Positions 43,108-53,853 of a stretch of DNA of 64,000 nucleotides are shown one piece after another. A program made the position numbers and the translations under genes. Below the pieces are notes generated by a model. It saw only the letters and a list, made by a program, of their open reading frames with translations. It made no database searches and had not been told where the DNA came from. Origin of the DNA: Candidatus Polarisedimenticolia bacterium (GTDB taxonomy: Bacteria > Acidobacteriota > Polarisedimenticolia > Gp22-AA2); contig JBOGOE010000229.1 of assembly GCA_050747445.1 (NCBI GenBank), positions 2,511-66,510 on the forward strand, in the 5' to 3' direction. Within the stretch, counting starts at the first letter, position 1, and each line of letters begins with the position of its first letter.

Positions 43108-45156
43108 TCAGTGGCACCCGCAGCCCGCGCCACACGACTCCCCCGCCGACGCTCCGGCAAGGACCGTGTCACGCCCCGGGACGCCGATCGGATCGGACAT
43201 CACCGGAAGCGGCTTCCCGAGCGCCGCCTCGGCCGCGGCGGACAGACCCATCGGCACGCTCTTCCCGGCCGCGTAGATCGGGTGCCGGCCCTTCTCCTTG
43301 AACCATTGCGCGGTGCTGTGGGTGGAGAACATCTTCTCGACGATCTGCCGCCAGCCGACGCCGGTGTTGTAGGCGCAGAACGACACCTCGCCGAGCTGCG
43401 TCGCGTAGGGGATGATGCACATTTCGGTGCGGCGGAAGTCGTAGTTGAAGAGATCCTGGAACCACATCCCGGCCACCATCATGATGCGCCAGTTATAGCG
43501 GGCCTTCTCCGCCAGACCCAGGCGACCGCCGTTGTGGCCGTCGATGATCTTCATCATCTCGCGCAGGTTGAGCCCCTGGGGCATCGCCTCGTAGCGGGCG
43601 TTGCGCAGGATCGAGAGCGCGAACTGGAACACCGTGAGCGGCTTCGACCGGCAGGTGTCGTTGATGACCTTGAGGTCTTCCAGCAGCTGATCGGTGTTCA
43701 GGATCTGAGGGAAGGGGTAGACCTCCTTGGTCGTCTGATTGATCACCAGCATGGTGCCGACCCCGCAGTTCGGATGGCAGCCGCATTTCATGGCACCCCA
43801 TTCGGACTCCAGACCCTGGAGCTGGTCGCGCAGGTCGGAGAACGGTCCGGACGCCGAGAGCGGATACCAGTCGCGGAGCGGCTCGGTGACGCCGAGCTGC
43901 CGCTTCAGGTCGTGCGCCAGATGCGAGAGGGTGTAGCGCTGCCGGCGGCGGGTCTCGTCGTCGATATCCTCGTCCCGGCCGGTGAACGACACCGGTTGGA
44001 ACGAGACGGCGTTGATCTTGTCGATGTGGTCGATGGCGAACTTCACGATCGGACCGACCTGCTCGTCGTTGACCGTGTTGACGATCGTCGTGACCAGCGT
44101 CACGTCGATGCCCGCGCGGTGCAGGTTCTCGATCGCCCGCTTCTTGACGTCGAAGAGATTGCCGACGCCCCGGTGGTTGTTCGCCTCGTTGGTGACGCCG
44201 TCGAACTGCAGGTAGGTCAGGCGGAGCCCCGCCGCCTTGGCGCGCAGGCAGAAGTCGAAGTCCTGCGCGAACCGGATGCCGTTGGTGGCGGCCTGCACGC
44301 TCATGTACCCGATCTTGCGGGCGTGGGCGACCGCGTCCAGAAAGAAGGGCGACAGGGTCGGCTCGCCGCCGGAGAACTGCACCGACATCTGACGCTTCGG
44401 CTTGACGTTGATCGAGTTGTCGAGGATCTGCCGGACATCGTCCCAGTTGAGCTCGTGGACGTAGCCGACCTGGTTCGCATCCATGAAACAGGGATTGCAC
44501 ATCATGTTGCAGCGATTGGTCAGATCGACGGTGAGCACCGCGCCGCGTCCGTACTTCACGGTGGAGGAGCCGTGATTGTGGTAGGGATCGGGCGCCATAC
44601 GGAAATCCCGGCCCGGGAACAACTTCTCCATGCGGCGCAGGAACGTGGCGTCGACCGCCATCAGGTCCTCGAAGTGACCGTGCGTCGGGCAGTCCTTCTC
44701 CATCCAGACCTGCCCCTCCCGCTCCACGATGCGGGCGCGGATCTCCCCCGGTCGCCCGTCGATGAGGGCCTTCCAGTCGCTTTCTCCCTTGAGGACGCCG
44801 TCGCGCACGTCCTTGACGCACTGCGGGCAGAGCGAGTCGGTCTCACGCGGGAATCCCAGCTCCGGGAAGGTCCGGTCCTTCGATTTGAGAAGCGGCGCCG
44901 GCGCCCATTTCGGGTGGAACCTGCCGTACGGGAGACGCCGGTTGACCGTCTGGAAAGCGTGCCAGGCGGCCTGCGCCGCCCCCTTGACGGCGAACCCGAC
45001 GAGGACCTGGGGCCGCAGGTAGCGCTTCAGACCCCGCCGCGTCGCGGCGGCGGAGCCGGAGACTGGCATGCCGGCACCGGCCGGCGCCGTGGGGGCCGGG
45101 GGGACGCTCGTCCCGACCGTTGTTGCCTCGGGAACGCGGGCCACAGCCTGATTCAT
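43108..45156 (-). CDS. Large radical SAM enzyme with N-terminal rubredoxin-like knuckle pair and Cys-rich C-terminal region
   Basis: CxxxCxxC = CNMMCNPC, SAM-binding QFSGGEPTL. N-terminal CPQC...CPTHGH. C-terminal clusters KCGCHPNCGVG, CIIPYATQLGEVSFC, ESCGAGCGCH. Start could be the later ATG (MPVSGS). Confidence 0.75.
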   Translation of the reverse strand: MNQAVARVPEATTVGTSVPPAPTAPAGAGMPVSGSAAATRRGLKRYLRPQVLVGFAVKGAAQAAWHAFQTVNRRLPYGRFHPKWAPAPLLKSKDRTFPELGFPRETDSLCPQCVKDVRDGVLKGESDWKALIDGRPGEIRARIVEREGQVWMEKDCPTHGHFEDLMAVDATFLRRMEKLFPGRDFRMAPDPYHNHGSSTVKYGRGAVLTVDLTNRCNMMCNPCFMDANQVGYVHELNWDDVRQILDNSINVKPKRQMSVQFSGGEPTLSPFFLDAVAHARKIGYMSVQAATNGIRFAQDFDFCLRAKAAGLRLTYLQFDGVTNEANNHRGVGNLFDVKKRAIENLHRAGIDVTLVTTIVNTVNDEQVGPIVKFAIDHIDKINAVSFQPVSFTGRDEDIDDETRRRQRYTLSHLAHDLKRQLGVTEPLRDWYPLSASGPFSDLRDQLQGLESEWGAMKCGCHPNCGVGTMLVINQTTKEVYPFPQILNTDQLLEDLKVINDTCRSKPLTVFQFALSILRNARYEAMPQGLNLREMMKIIDGHNGGRLGLAEKARYNWRIMMVAGMWFQDLFNYDFRRTEMCIIPYATQLGEVSFCAYNTGVGWRQIVEKMFSTHSTAQWFKEKGRHPIYAAGKSVPMGLSAAAEAALGKPLPVMSDPIGVPGRDTVLAGASAGESCGAGCGCH

Positions 45157-45193
45157 GTCACGCCTCCTCTGAGTACCGTTCCGTGAACATCAG

Positions 45194-46087
45194 TCAATGC
45201 CCGGCGGACGCACCGCCATCGGCGCCGGGGTCCGCTCTCCCCGGACCGGTTGCGAAGGCGCGCGCCCGCTCCTGGAACTGCCGGACCACGTGCCCATCCA
45301 GTCCGCGGCGGGCCCGGCGGAGACGCCGGTGCCACTCCGAACCCGGCCCCTCCCTGCCCAGGAGCGCCATGACCGGGAGGCGTCGCAGCCCCTTCAGTCG
45401 ATCGACCGGAGATCGCGCTCCCCGGGGCGCGAAACCGGACCAGGTGCGCCCGGCCCGCAGCTCGGAAAGAAAACCGGCGACGCCCGTGGCGCGCGCCGCG
45501 GTGTATCCCGTCCCCACCCCGCGGGGCGCCCGCGCGGAGCTCCCGCCGATGCGGTCGGGTGGGCGGCCGTTCCGTGCGTCCTGCGCGATCCGATCGACGA
45601 CATCGCACCAATCGGCTCCCCACGCGGCGCCTCCGGTTTCGATGCACTCGAACCGTTCCAGGATGCGGCGCAGTTCCACGGTGCCGCCGTCGGCTCCGAG
45701 AAGATGGGGGCTCGGCGCGAGCGCGGCGGCGATCGACGCTCCCCGGGCCCAGTGGAGCAACGCCTCGATGTCCTCCCTCAACCGCAGCGCCTCCGCCGCA
45801 CCGGTCTCGTCGAGGCCGAACAACAGCACGGGGACCCGGGTGCCGCTCGGCGGATCGAGGGCCCAGGTCTCCATGGAGATGATGAACCGTGCGTCCACGG
45901 GGTGCCGATCGAGATATCGCAGACACCCCTCGATGGTGTCGCGGTCGGTCAGGGTCGCGAGATCCATCCCGCGCCGCCATGCGGCGCGGACCATCGTCTC
46001 GGGCTCGCAGCCACGGCGACCCCGCCGGTAGGCGCACGGATCTCCGGCGGCGCCGAACCCGGAATGGACGTGCAGATCGGCACGCAT
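45194..46087 (-). CDS. PHP-domain metal-dependent phosphoesterase family protein
   Basis: MRADLHVHS... (PHP motif I HxH), further His/Asp-containing blocks. Start chosen at ATG 46085-46087; alternative ATG at 46151-46153. The upstream 5' part of the ORF is low-complexity. Confidence 0.6.
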   Translation of the reverse strand: MRADLHVHSGFGAAGDPCAYRRGRRGCEPETMVRAAWRRGMDLATLTDRDTIEGCLRYLDRHPVDARFIISMETWALDPPSGTRVPVLLFGLDETGAAEALRLREDIEALLHWARGASIAAALAPSPHLLGADGGTVELRRILERFECIETGGAAWGADWCDVVDRIAQDARNGRPPDRIGGSSARAPRGVGTGYTAARATGVAGFLSELRAGRTWSGFAPRGARSPVDRLKGLRRLPVMALLGREGPGSEWHRRLRRARRGLDGHVVRQFQERARAFATGPGRADPGADGGASAGH

Positions 46088-46167
46088 CCACCCGCGGCCG
46101 TGCCGCGGCTCCGTTCCGGACGAATCAGACCCGGTTGGTCCGAAAAGCGGCATGCGTCGAGAGGTCC

Positions 46168-46575
46168 TCAGGACGCCGTCTGACGGAGATCCTCGACGGT
46201 CGTCTTCTCGAGGATCACGGCCACCTTCCGCTGCACCTTGGCGAACACCTGCCGCAGGTGGCAGCGATGCTTCCGCCCCGTCTCGCGCAGGTGATCGAGG
46301 CAGCGATGAAACTCGATCGGCCCCTGCAGCGCCTCGATGATCTCGCGCAACGTGATCCGACCCGCCGGACGGGCGAGCTGGAAGCCGCCGCGGAATCCCC
46401 GGCGCGATCGAATGAGCCCCTTGGACGCCAGGCGCTGGAAGATCTTGGACAGAAACGTCGGCGGGATCGACGTCGCCCGGGAAATGTCCCGGATCAACGC
46501 CGTCTCTCCGCGCCCCTGTCGCGCCAGGTACAGGACCCCCTCGATCGCGTATTCGACCCCCTTCGTCAGCTGCAT
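46168..46575 (-). CDS. Rrf2 family transcriptional regulator (IscR/NsrR-like) with Cys ligands
   Basis: MQLTKGVEYAIEGVLYLAR wHTH, SKIFQRLASKGLIRSRRGFRGG, Cys at CLDHL...HRCHL. Confidence 0.8.
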   Translation of the reverse strand: MQLTKGVEYAIEGVLYLARQGRGETALIRDISRATSIPPTFLSKIFQRLASKGLIRSRRGFRGGFQLARPAGRITLREIIEALQGPIEFHRCLDHLRETGRKHRCHLRQVFAKVQRKVAVILEKTTVEDLRQTAS

Positions 46576-46676
46576 CGTCGCGTGTCCCGATTACTTGGGC
46601 GCATTCTACTAGCCGGCAAGGAGATGTCAAGAGACCTGCGCTTGACCGCGGGGCCCGGGCGCCCCATGTTGGCGGC

Positions 46677-47222
46677 GTGCGGGGACCAGCGGGCGCGGTT
46701 GGGCGCCTCGTCGCCGGGGCGGGTCTGGCGGGCTGGGCCCTCGCCCTCGCCCGCCAGGATCGCCCCTTTTCCCCGCTGGATTGGGCCAATCTGGCGTTCC
46801 ACGAGGCCGGTCACCTGGTGTTCGCCCCGTTCGGACGCACCCTCCATCTCCTGGGGGGGACGCTGCTGCAGCTCCTGGTTCCCATGGTCCTGACCGGATA
46901 CTTCCTGCTGCGACGCCACAGTCCCCCGGCGGCGCTGGCCTGCGCTTTCTGGATCGGGGAGAGCCTGCTCAACGTCTACGTGTACATGGCGGACGCGCGC
47001 GACCTGAGCCTTCCCCTGGTCGGGGGCGGTGAACACGACTGGAACGGGCTGCTGTACGACTTCGGTCTGCTGAACGCCGACGCGGTCGCGGCGATCTCCG
47101 GGTGGACCCGGGGCGCGGCGGTGCTCCTCATGCTGGGGGCGGCCGGCGCGCTCGCGTGGCTGGCGCTGCGGCCGGACCACGAGGTGGCGCTTCGTGAATC
47201 CCTGGAGGAGCGCGCCGGCTGA
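46677..47222 (+). CDS. Small polytopic membrane protein with HEAGH (HExxH) motif; possible intramembrane metallopeptidase-like
   Basis: 181 aa, 4-5 hydrophobic helices, LAFHEAGHLVF. Divergent from the Rrf2 regulator. Weak call. Confidence 0.4.
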   Translation: MRGPAGAVGRLVAGAGLAGWALALARQDRPFSPLDWANLAFHEAGHLVFAPFGRTLHLLGGTLLQLLVPMVLTGYFLLRRHSPPAALACAFWIGESLLNVYVYMADARDLSLPLVGGGEHDWNGLLYDFGLLNADAVAAISGWTRGAAVLLMLGAAGALAWLALRPDHEVALRESLEERAG

Positions 47223-47255
47223 CGGCAGGTCGGTCGCGCCGCGGCACGCCGACGC

Positions 47256-48620
<1,365 letters not shown>

Positions 48621-48662
48621 GGCCGCCTATTCTAGCAGCGCCCCCGACCGCAGGGCCGCGTC

Positions 48663-50894
48663 TCAGGCCGCCGCGGGCAGCTCGATCACGAACCTCGCGC
48701 CGCGGGGCTGGTTGTCCTCCACCCGGATGCGCCCGTGGTGGTCGGAAACGATCCGGTGGACGATCGCCAGACCGAGCCCGCTCCCCTTCTTCTTGGTCGA
48801 GAAGTAGGGCAGAAACAGCCGCTCGCGATCCTCGGGACGGATCCCGGGCCCCTCGTCCGCAACCTCCAGTCTGACGAGACCGGCGCCCTCTCCGGTTCGC
48901 GCCTCGATGGTGATCGTCCCCTCCCCCCCCATGGCTTCGACGGCGTTGTCCACCAGATTGACCAGCACCCTCTTGATCTGGTCCGGATCGAGCAGGAGGC
49001 GCGGGAGCTCCGGGTCGCAGCGGGCGCGCAGCGCGATCCGCGACCCGGCCCCGTTGTAGAGACCGACGACCGCCGCCACGACGTCCGCGAGGCGCGTCGG
49101 CACCGGTTGCGGGGCGGGCAGCCGCGCGAAGCGGCTGAATTCGTCGACCAGGTTCTTGAGGGTCGCGACCTCGCGGGCGATGGCGGCGGCGCCTTCCTCC
49201 ACGACCGCGTCGAGATCGCGGGCCCGCTCGGCGACCTTCTTGCGGATCCTCTCGGCCGACAGCTGGATCGGCGTCAGGGGGTTCTTGATCTCGTGCGCCA
49301 GGCGACGCGCCACCTCGCGCCAGGCGGCGATCTTCTGGGCACGCATCAGATCGGTCAGGTCCTCCAGCACCAGGATGGCGCCCGCCGGCTCGCCCGCCTC
49401 CCCGCGCAACGAGGTCGCTCCGATGGCGAGATGCACGCTGCGCGCGGCGATCGGCAGCTCGATCTCGCGGACCGCCGATCGGTCCCCCCCCGAAACGACC
49501 TCGTGCAGCAGGCCGTCGACGGCGGCGTGGCCCTCCGCGGGGACGAGCGCGGTCCAGGGCCGGCCCTCCGCGGAAGACTCCGACTCCAGACCCAGCAGGC
49601 GCTGCGCCGCCCGGTTGGCCGTGGTCACCCGTCCGTCCCGATTGATCGACAGCACGGCGGTCGGGATCCCCTGCAGCAACGCCTCGATGTAGCGGCGGCG
49701 CGACATGAGCTCCCGATTGCTCCGGGAGAGCTCGATGTTGTGCCGCTCGATGGTCTCCTTGCCGGCGCGCAGCTCCGCCGTCATCCGGTTGAAGGACTCG
49801 ACGAGAATCCCCAGCTCGTCCCCGGCCTTGACCTCCACCTGCACGTCGAGGTTCCCGGCGGAGATGTCCCGCGTCGCCTGGAGCAGCGATTGGATCGGCT
49901 CGGTGATCCTCCGCGCCAGATAGAGGCCGATCCAGGTCACCGAGAACAGGACGACCAGAGTGATCAGGGCGAACACCAGGACGTACACCCGCTTGATCAA
50001 CCCCTTCTGGGCCCGGATCTGCCGGTAGTCCTCGTTGCTGCGGCTGACCGCCGCGGCAAGCCGCGCCAGGTCCCGGCGGAGGTAGATGCCGGCGACCGCC
50101 ACGCCCCGGACGGGGCCCTCCCCGGGTACGGGATGTCCGCACCGGATCAGGTGCCCCCCGCGGAACTCCGTCACCCAGGTGAAGGGCCGGCCGGCGCGCG
50201 CCCCCTCCATCTGGCTGGGCGGGATCTCCTCCATGTCGCCGGTGGCCGGAACGTGCGGGTCGAGGACCAGCCAGGGAGCGCCGGGGCCCGGGTAGAGGGC
50301 GACCAGGTCGAGGTGGTACTCCCGCAGCAATCCTCCGAGCGTCCGCGGCACCTCGTCGCGACGGGACGGGTCGAGAAGCGCCGCCTCCCCCGCCCGGCGC
50401 GCCACCTCGCGCGCGAACGCGGCGCCCCGCTCCCGGGCGTCCTCGTAGTAGGCGTCGACGATCGCCTGCGACCCCTCGGTGAGGCGATCCATCGGCTCGT
50501 TGAACCAGCGGTCGACGCTGCGCTGGATCATCTGGAGCGCCGCCCAGAAGATGATCCCCGAGGGCACGAGCCACAGAAGGAGGAGCGTGAACACCAGCCG
50601 GGTCCGGAATCGGGAGCCCAGGATCCCGCGCCGGCGCTCCACCAGCGCCTTGACCAGATTGCGCATGAGGAGGGTCAGCAGGGTCAGGACGAGGAGGGCG
50701 TTGGTCAGGAACAGGACGGACAGCAGGACCGAGTTGGTGATGTAGGGCCAGGCGAGATCGTCGGCGTTGCGCAGGACGAAGTACCCGCCCAGGAAAATCA
50801 GCAGGAGCGCCAGGACGCCGAATTGCAGGAGCCGGTCGACGCGGACCCGGGACGAAGCGCCTTCCGCCGGGTCGTTGTCAGGGATGGGTGGCAT
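48663..50894 (-). CDS. Membrane sensor histidine kinase (periplasmic sensor-HAMP-PAS-HisKA-HATPase)
   Basis: Two N-terminal TMs flanking a large periplasmic domain; H-box HEIKNPLTPI, N/G1/G2 boxes (LVNLVDNAVEA, DEGPGI, GSGLGLAIV). Confidence 0.8.
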   Translation of the reverse strand: MPPIPDNDPAEGASSRVRVDRLLQFGVLALLLIFLGGYFVLRNADDLAWPYITNSVLLSVLFLTNALLVLTLLTLLMRNLVKALVERRRGILGSRFRTRLVFTLLLLWLVPSGIIFWAALQMIQRSVDRWFNEPMDRLTEGSQAIVDAYYEDARERGAAFAREVARRAGEAALLDPSRRDEVPRTLGGLLREYHLDLVALYPGPGAPWLVLDPHVPATGDMEEIPPSQMEGARAGRPFTWVTEFRGGHLIRCGHPVPGEGPVRGVAVAGIYLRRDLARLAAAVSRSNEDYRQIRAQKGLIKRVYVLVFALITLVVLFSVTWIGLYLARRITEPIQSLLQATRDISAGNLDVQVEVKAGDELGILVESFNRMTAELRAGKETIERHNIELSRSNRELMSRRRYIEALLQGIPTAVLSINRDGRVTTANRAAQRLLGLESESSAEGRPWTALVPAEGHAAVDGLLHEVVSGGDRSAVREIELPIAARSVHLAIGATSLRGEAGEPAGAILVLEDLTDLMRAQKIAAWREVARRLAHEIKNPLTPIQLSAERIRKKVAERARDLDAVVEEGAAAIAREVATLKNLVDEFSRFARLPAPQPVPTRLADVVAAVVGLYNGAGSRIALRARCDPELPRLLLDPDQIKRVLVNLVDNAVEAMGGEGTITIEARTGEGAGLVRLEVADEGPGIRPEDRERLFLPYFSTKKKGSGLGLAIVHRIVSDHHGRIRVEDNQPRGARFVIELPAAA

Positions 50895-51444
50895 GGGGGC
50901 TCCCCGCCGGCGCCCCGATCTCCGCGCGGATCCAGGGGGTGTCGAGCGACCAGGGGATCAGGTAGAAGCGCCAGACGAGTCCCAGGTTCGATTTGGCCTT
51001 GAGGTAGTAGGAACGGCCGGGTTCCAGGACCGCGGTCCCGGCCACCGGCAGATCCCGGAGTCCGGTGAGGAAGGCGCGCATGTCGGCCTCGTCGTCGGTG
51101 ACCCTGGTCTCGGCGATCTCGCCGTCCACGCGCCGCACCAGGGTGAACTGCCGCGTCAGGGTGTCGTGGCGCACCGTGCAGGCGACCTGGCGGCGCGCCA
51201 CGAGGGCGTCCAGGAACCCGCTGCGGCGGCGGTACAGATGCAGGCGGTACTCGACCGTGGTCTCCAGACCCGCGCCGATCTCCTCCGCGAGCGCCGGGGT
51301 CAGGGCCCCCTCGAGGCGGACGCTGGCGAGGACCTGCCCTTCTTCCAGACGGGTGCCCAGCTCGACGAGCACCGGATCGGCCGAAGCCTCGCGGGCGACG
51401 GCGAGGCACGACACGAGGATCACGATGGCGCGGCTGGATTTCAT
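50878..51444 (-). CDS. DUF4390-like secreted protein, first gene of the kinase/regulator operon
   Basis: Signal peptide MKSSRAIVILVSCLAVAREASA. Start overlaps kinase by 17 nt. The family typically precedes NtrY/NtrX-like two-component pairs. Confidence 0.55.
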   Translation of the reverse strand: MKSSRAIVILVSCLAVAREASADPVLVELGTRLEEGQVLASVRLEGALTPALAEEIGAGLETTVEYRLHLYRRRSGFLDALVARRQVACTVRHDTLTRQFTLVRRVDGEIAETRVTDDEADMRAFLTGLRDLPVAGTAVLEPGRSYYLKAKSNLGLVWRFYLIPWSLDTPWIRAEIGAPAGSPHATHP

Positions 51445-51578
51445 CGTTGGACGCGGGCGGCGGCGCGGCACGGCGCGACGGACGGGGCCCCGACCGGATG
51501 CAGTCTAACGAACGCGCGAGGGGCGTGACAAGGGCCGGGTCGCGGCGGGACCCCGGAGGCGGGTGACTTCCGGCCGGC

Positions 51579-52508
51579 TCAGGACGCCAGCGGCGCCTGC
51601 AGCGGCACCAGCGCGTCCTTGAGGTGGGCGTAGGCTGCGAGGGTGCCGGCAGGCAGCCGGTCCTCGGATGTGGCGATCGACCAGCTGGCGCGCTGGCTCA
51701 TGATGCGACGCACCAGGGCCGCATGCAGCCGGTGCCCCCCCTTGAAGGCGATCACGTGGGCCCGGAGGGGCGCCCCGAGCAGGGCCAGGTCGCCGATCAG
51801 ATCCAGGACCTTGTGGCGGACGAACTCGTCGGGGAAGCGCAGGGCTCCGTTAAGGACACCGTCATCCCCGACGACCACCGCGTTGTCCAGCGAGCCGCCG
51901 CGCGCCAGACCCGCCCGGCGCATCGCGGCGACATCGCGCATCAGGCAGAAGGTCCGGGCCGGCGCGATCGCCGCGGCGTAGGAGGCGGCCTCCACTCCGG
52001 TCTCCAGCGCCTGGTAGCCGATGGCCGGGTGCGGGAACTCGATGGCGTAGGTCGCCCGGAGGTCGTTGGCCGGCAGGGCCAGGATCTCCTTCTCCCCTTC
52101 CTTGATGCGCACGGGCCGGTTCAGGGAGAGATAGCGGCGCGGGACGTCGAGGGCCCGCGTTCCGGCCTCGAGGATCGCCTCCACGAAGGGCAGGGCGCTG
52201 CCATCGAGAATCGGCACCTCGGGGCCGTCGAGTTCGACGCGCGCATTGTCGACCCCCAGGCCGTGCAGCGCCGACAGGAGGTGCTCCACCGTCATGATCC
52301 GCGCATCGCCGCGCGACAGGGTGGTCGACAGGCTGCCCCCCTGGAGCAGCTGCCAGGACGCCGGCAGTACCGCCCTGTCCTCCCGGCGCAGGAAGACGAG
52401 GCCGCTCCCGGCCTCTGCCGGGAGGAGACGCAGCCGCGCGGTGGCGCCGGTGTGGAGCCCGTTGCCCTGAAGCTCGACCGACCTCGCCAGCGTTCTCTGC
52501 AGATCCAC
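51579..52508 (-). CDS. lpxC: UDP-3-O-acyl-N-acetylglucosamine deacetylase
   Basis: RTLARSVELQGNGLHTG, HxxxD motif (VRHKVLDLIGDLALLG), length 309 aa. Confidence 0.9.
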   Translation of the reverse strand: MDLQRTLARSVELQGNGLHTGATARLRLLPAEAGSGLVFLRREDRAVLPASWQLLQGGSLSTTLSRGDARIMTVEHLLSALHGLGVDNARVELDGPEVPILDGSALPFVEAILEAGTRALDVPRRYLSLNRPVRIKEGEKEILALPANDLRATYAIEFPHPAIGYQALETGVEAASYAAAIAPARTFCLMRDVAAMRRAGLARGGSLDNAVVVGDDGVLNGALRFPDEFVRHKVLDLIGDLALLGAPLRAHVIAFKGGHRLHAALVRRIMSQRASWSIATSEDRLPAGTLAAYAHLKDALVPLQAPLAS

Positions 52509-52764
52509 GTTCCCTCCCCCATACCGGTCGTGCGGCTTCCCCTACTGCACCGCATATGCCATCCTGAGTCCAGCCGAGAGAATCTTAATAACACTTGTAT
52601 TCCGTTATAGTTGCAGCATTAACCCGGGGTCTGTCCCGTACCCCTGACGGGCAGACCAGGTGCGCATTCGCCACAGTCGAGTGTGGCATCCGCACCAGTC
52701 GGGCCGGGTTTGACTCACCCGATCCCCTGTGGTATGAGGGGCCGGCGTCACGATTGGAGCGCGG

Positions 52765-53832
52765 ATGGGCGGGCGTCTCAGGGAACGGATCGAGTCGGAG
52801 TCGGGAAGGCTGCTGCGGGAACGGGCGGCGCGGATCCGGACGCAGATCGAAGGGGCGCTCCGGGAGCTTTCCGACCCGCTGGAGCTCGAGCTGGCCCCCG
52901 GCGAGTGGGGGGCCGCCGAGGGGGAAGGACAGGTCCAGGCGCTGCGCGAGGCGGTCGACGCGCTGGCACGCCACGAGTCGCAGCGGGACATCCTCACCGC
53001 CCTCATGGACGCCGCGGCCGCCTTCTATCCGCGCGCCGCGGTCTTCGTCGTCAAGGAAGGAACCCTGTCCGGGTGGGCCGGTCTCGGATTTCTTGGAGAG
53101 GGCGGGTTCGTGAGCGAGGCGGTCCCGCGTGTCACTCTCCCCGCCGGCGAGGACCACCTCCTCGGACGGGCGCTGCGTTCCCGCTCGCTGCAGCGCGCCG
53201 GGCCGGAAGGTCCGGGGGAGCGGATCATCGCGGCGCTCGGCCGCGTCAGACCGCGGGAGACCTGCGCCGTGCCGGTCCTGGTCCGGACCCGGCCCGTGGC
53301 CGTGCTGTACGGCGACACCGGAACGACCGCCGACGCGGGACGCCCGCTGTCCTTCGACGTCGTGGCGCGGGTGGCCGGTCTTGCGATGGAGCGTCTCGCC
53401 GCCCACACCCGGCGACCCACCCGGCCCGGCGAGGCGCCACCACCGGTTCCCGCGCCCCACGCCGCGCGGGCGGGAGGCGTCATCACCCCGCCCGAGGAGG
53501 CCGAGGTGCGCGCCCTCATCGCGGATCTCGACACCATCCCCCGGCGGCCGGCCGCCGACGACGGCCTCTCCGACGAGGAGCGCCGGAGGCAGTCGGATGC
53601 CCGCCGCTTCGCGCACCTCCTGGTCTCCGAGCTCCTGCTCTACAACGAGGAGGCGGTCCTGCAGGGGCGGCGGCACCGCGACCTCTACGCGCGGCTCTCC
53701 AAGGAGATCGAACGCAGCCGGCAGGCCTACCGGGACCGGTTTCCGTCACGGACCGGCGCGCGCGATCATTTCGAGGAGGAGCTGGTGCGGTTGCTGGCGG
53801 AGGGGAACACCGCGCTCATGGGGTCGCACTGA
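52765..53832 (+). CDS. Hypothetical protein with GAF-like domain
   Basis: AAVFVVKEGTLSGWAGLGF...CAVPVLVRTRPVAVLYGDTG resembles a GAF core. C-terminal helical region. No catalytic motif. Confidence 0.45.
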   Translation: MGGRLRERIESESGRLLRERAARIRTQIEGALRELSDPLELELAPGEWGAAEGEGQVQALREAVDALARHESQRDILTALMDAAAAFYPRAAVFVVKEGTLSGWAGLGFLGEGGFVSEAVPRVTLPAGEDHLLGRALRSRSLQRAGPEGPGERIIAALGRVRPRETCAVPVLVRTRPVAVLYGDTGTTADAGRPLSFDVVARVAGLAMERLAAHTRRPTRPGEAPPPVPAPHAARAGGVITPPEEAEVRALIADLDTIPRRPAADDGLSDEERRRQSDARRFAHLLVSELLLYNEEAVLQGRRHRDLYARLSKEIERSRQAYRDRFPSRTGARDHFEEELVRLLAEGNTALMGSH

Positions 53833-53853
53833 CCGTACCGGACTTCCACGACC

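Noticed and set aside
46677-47222. HEAGH membrane protein as a confident site-2-protease-like enzyme
   Set aside because: Only a single HExxH in a short hydrophobic protein, with no LDG/third ligand recognisable. Retained as a low-confidence feature, not as a finding.
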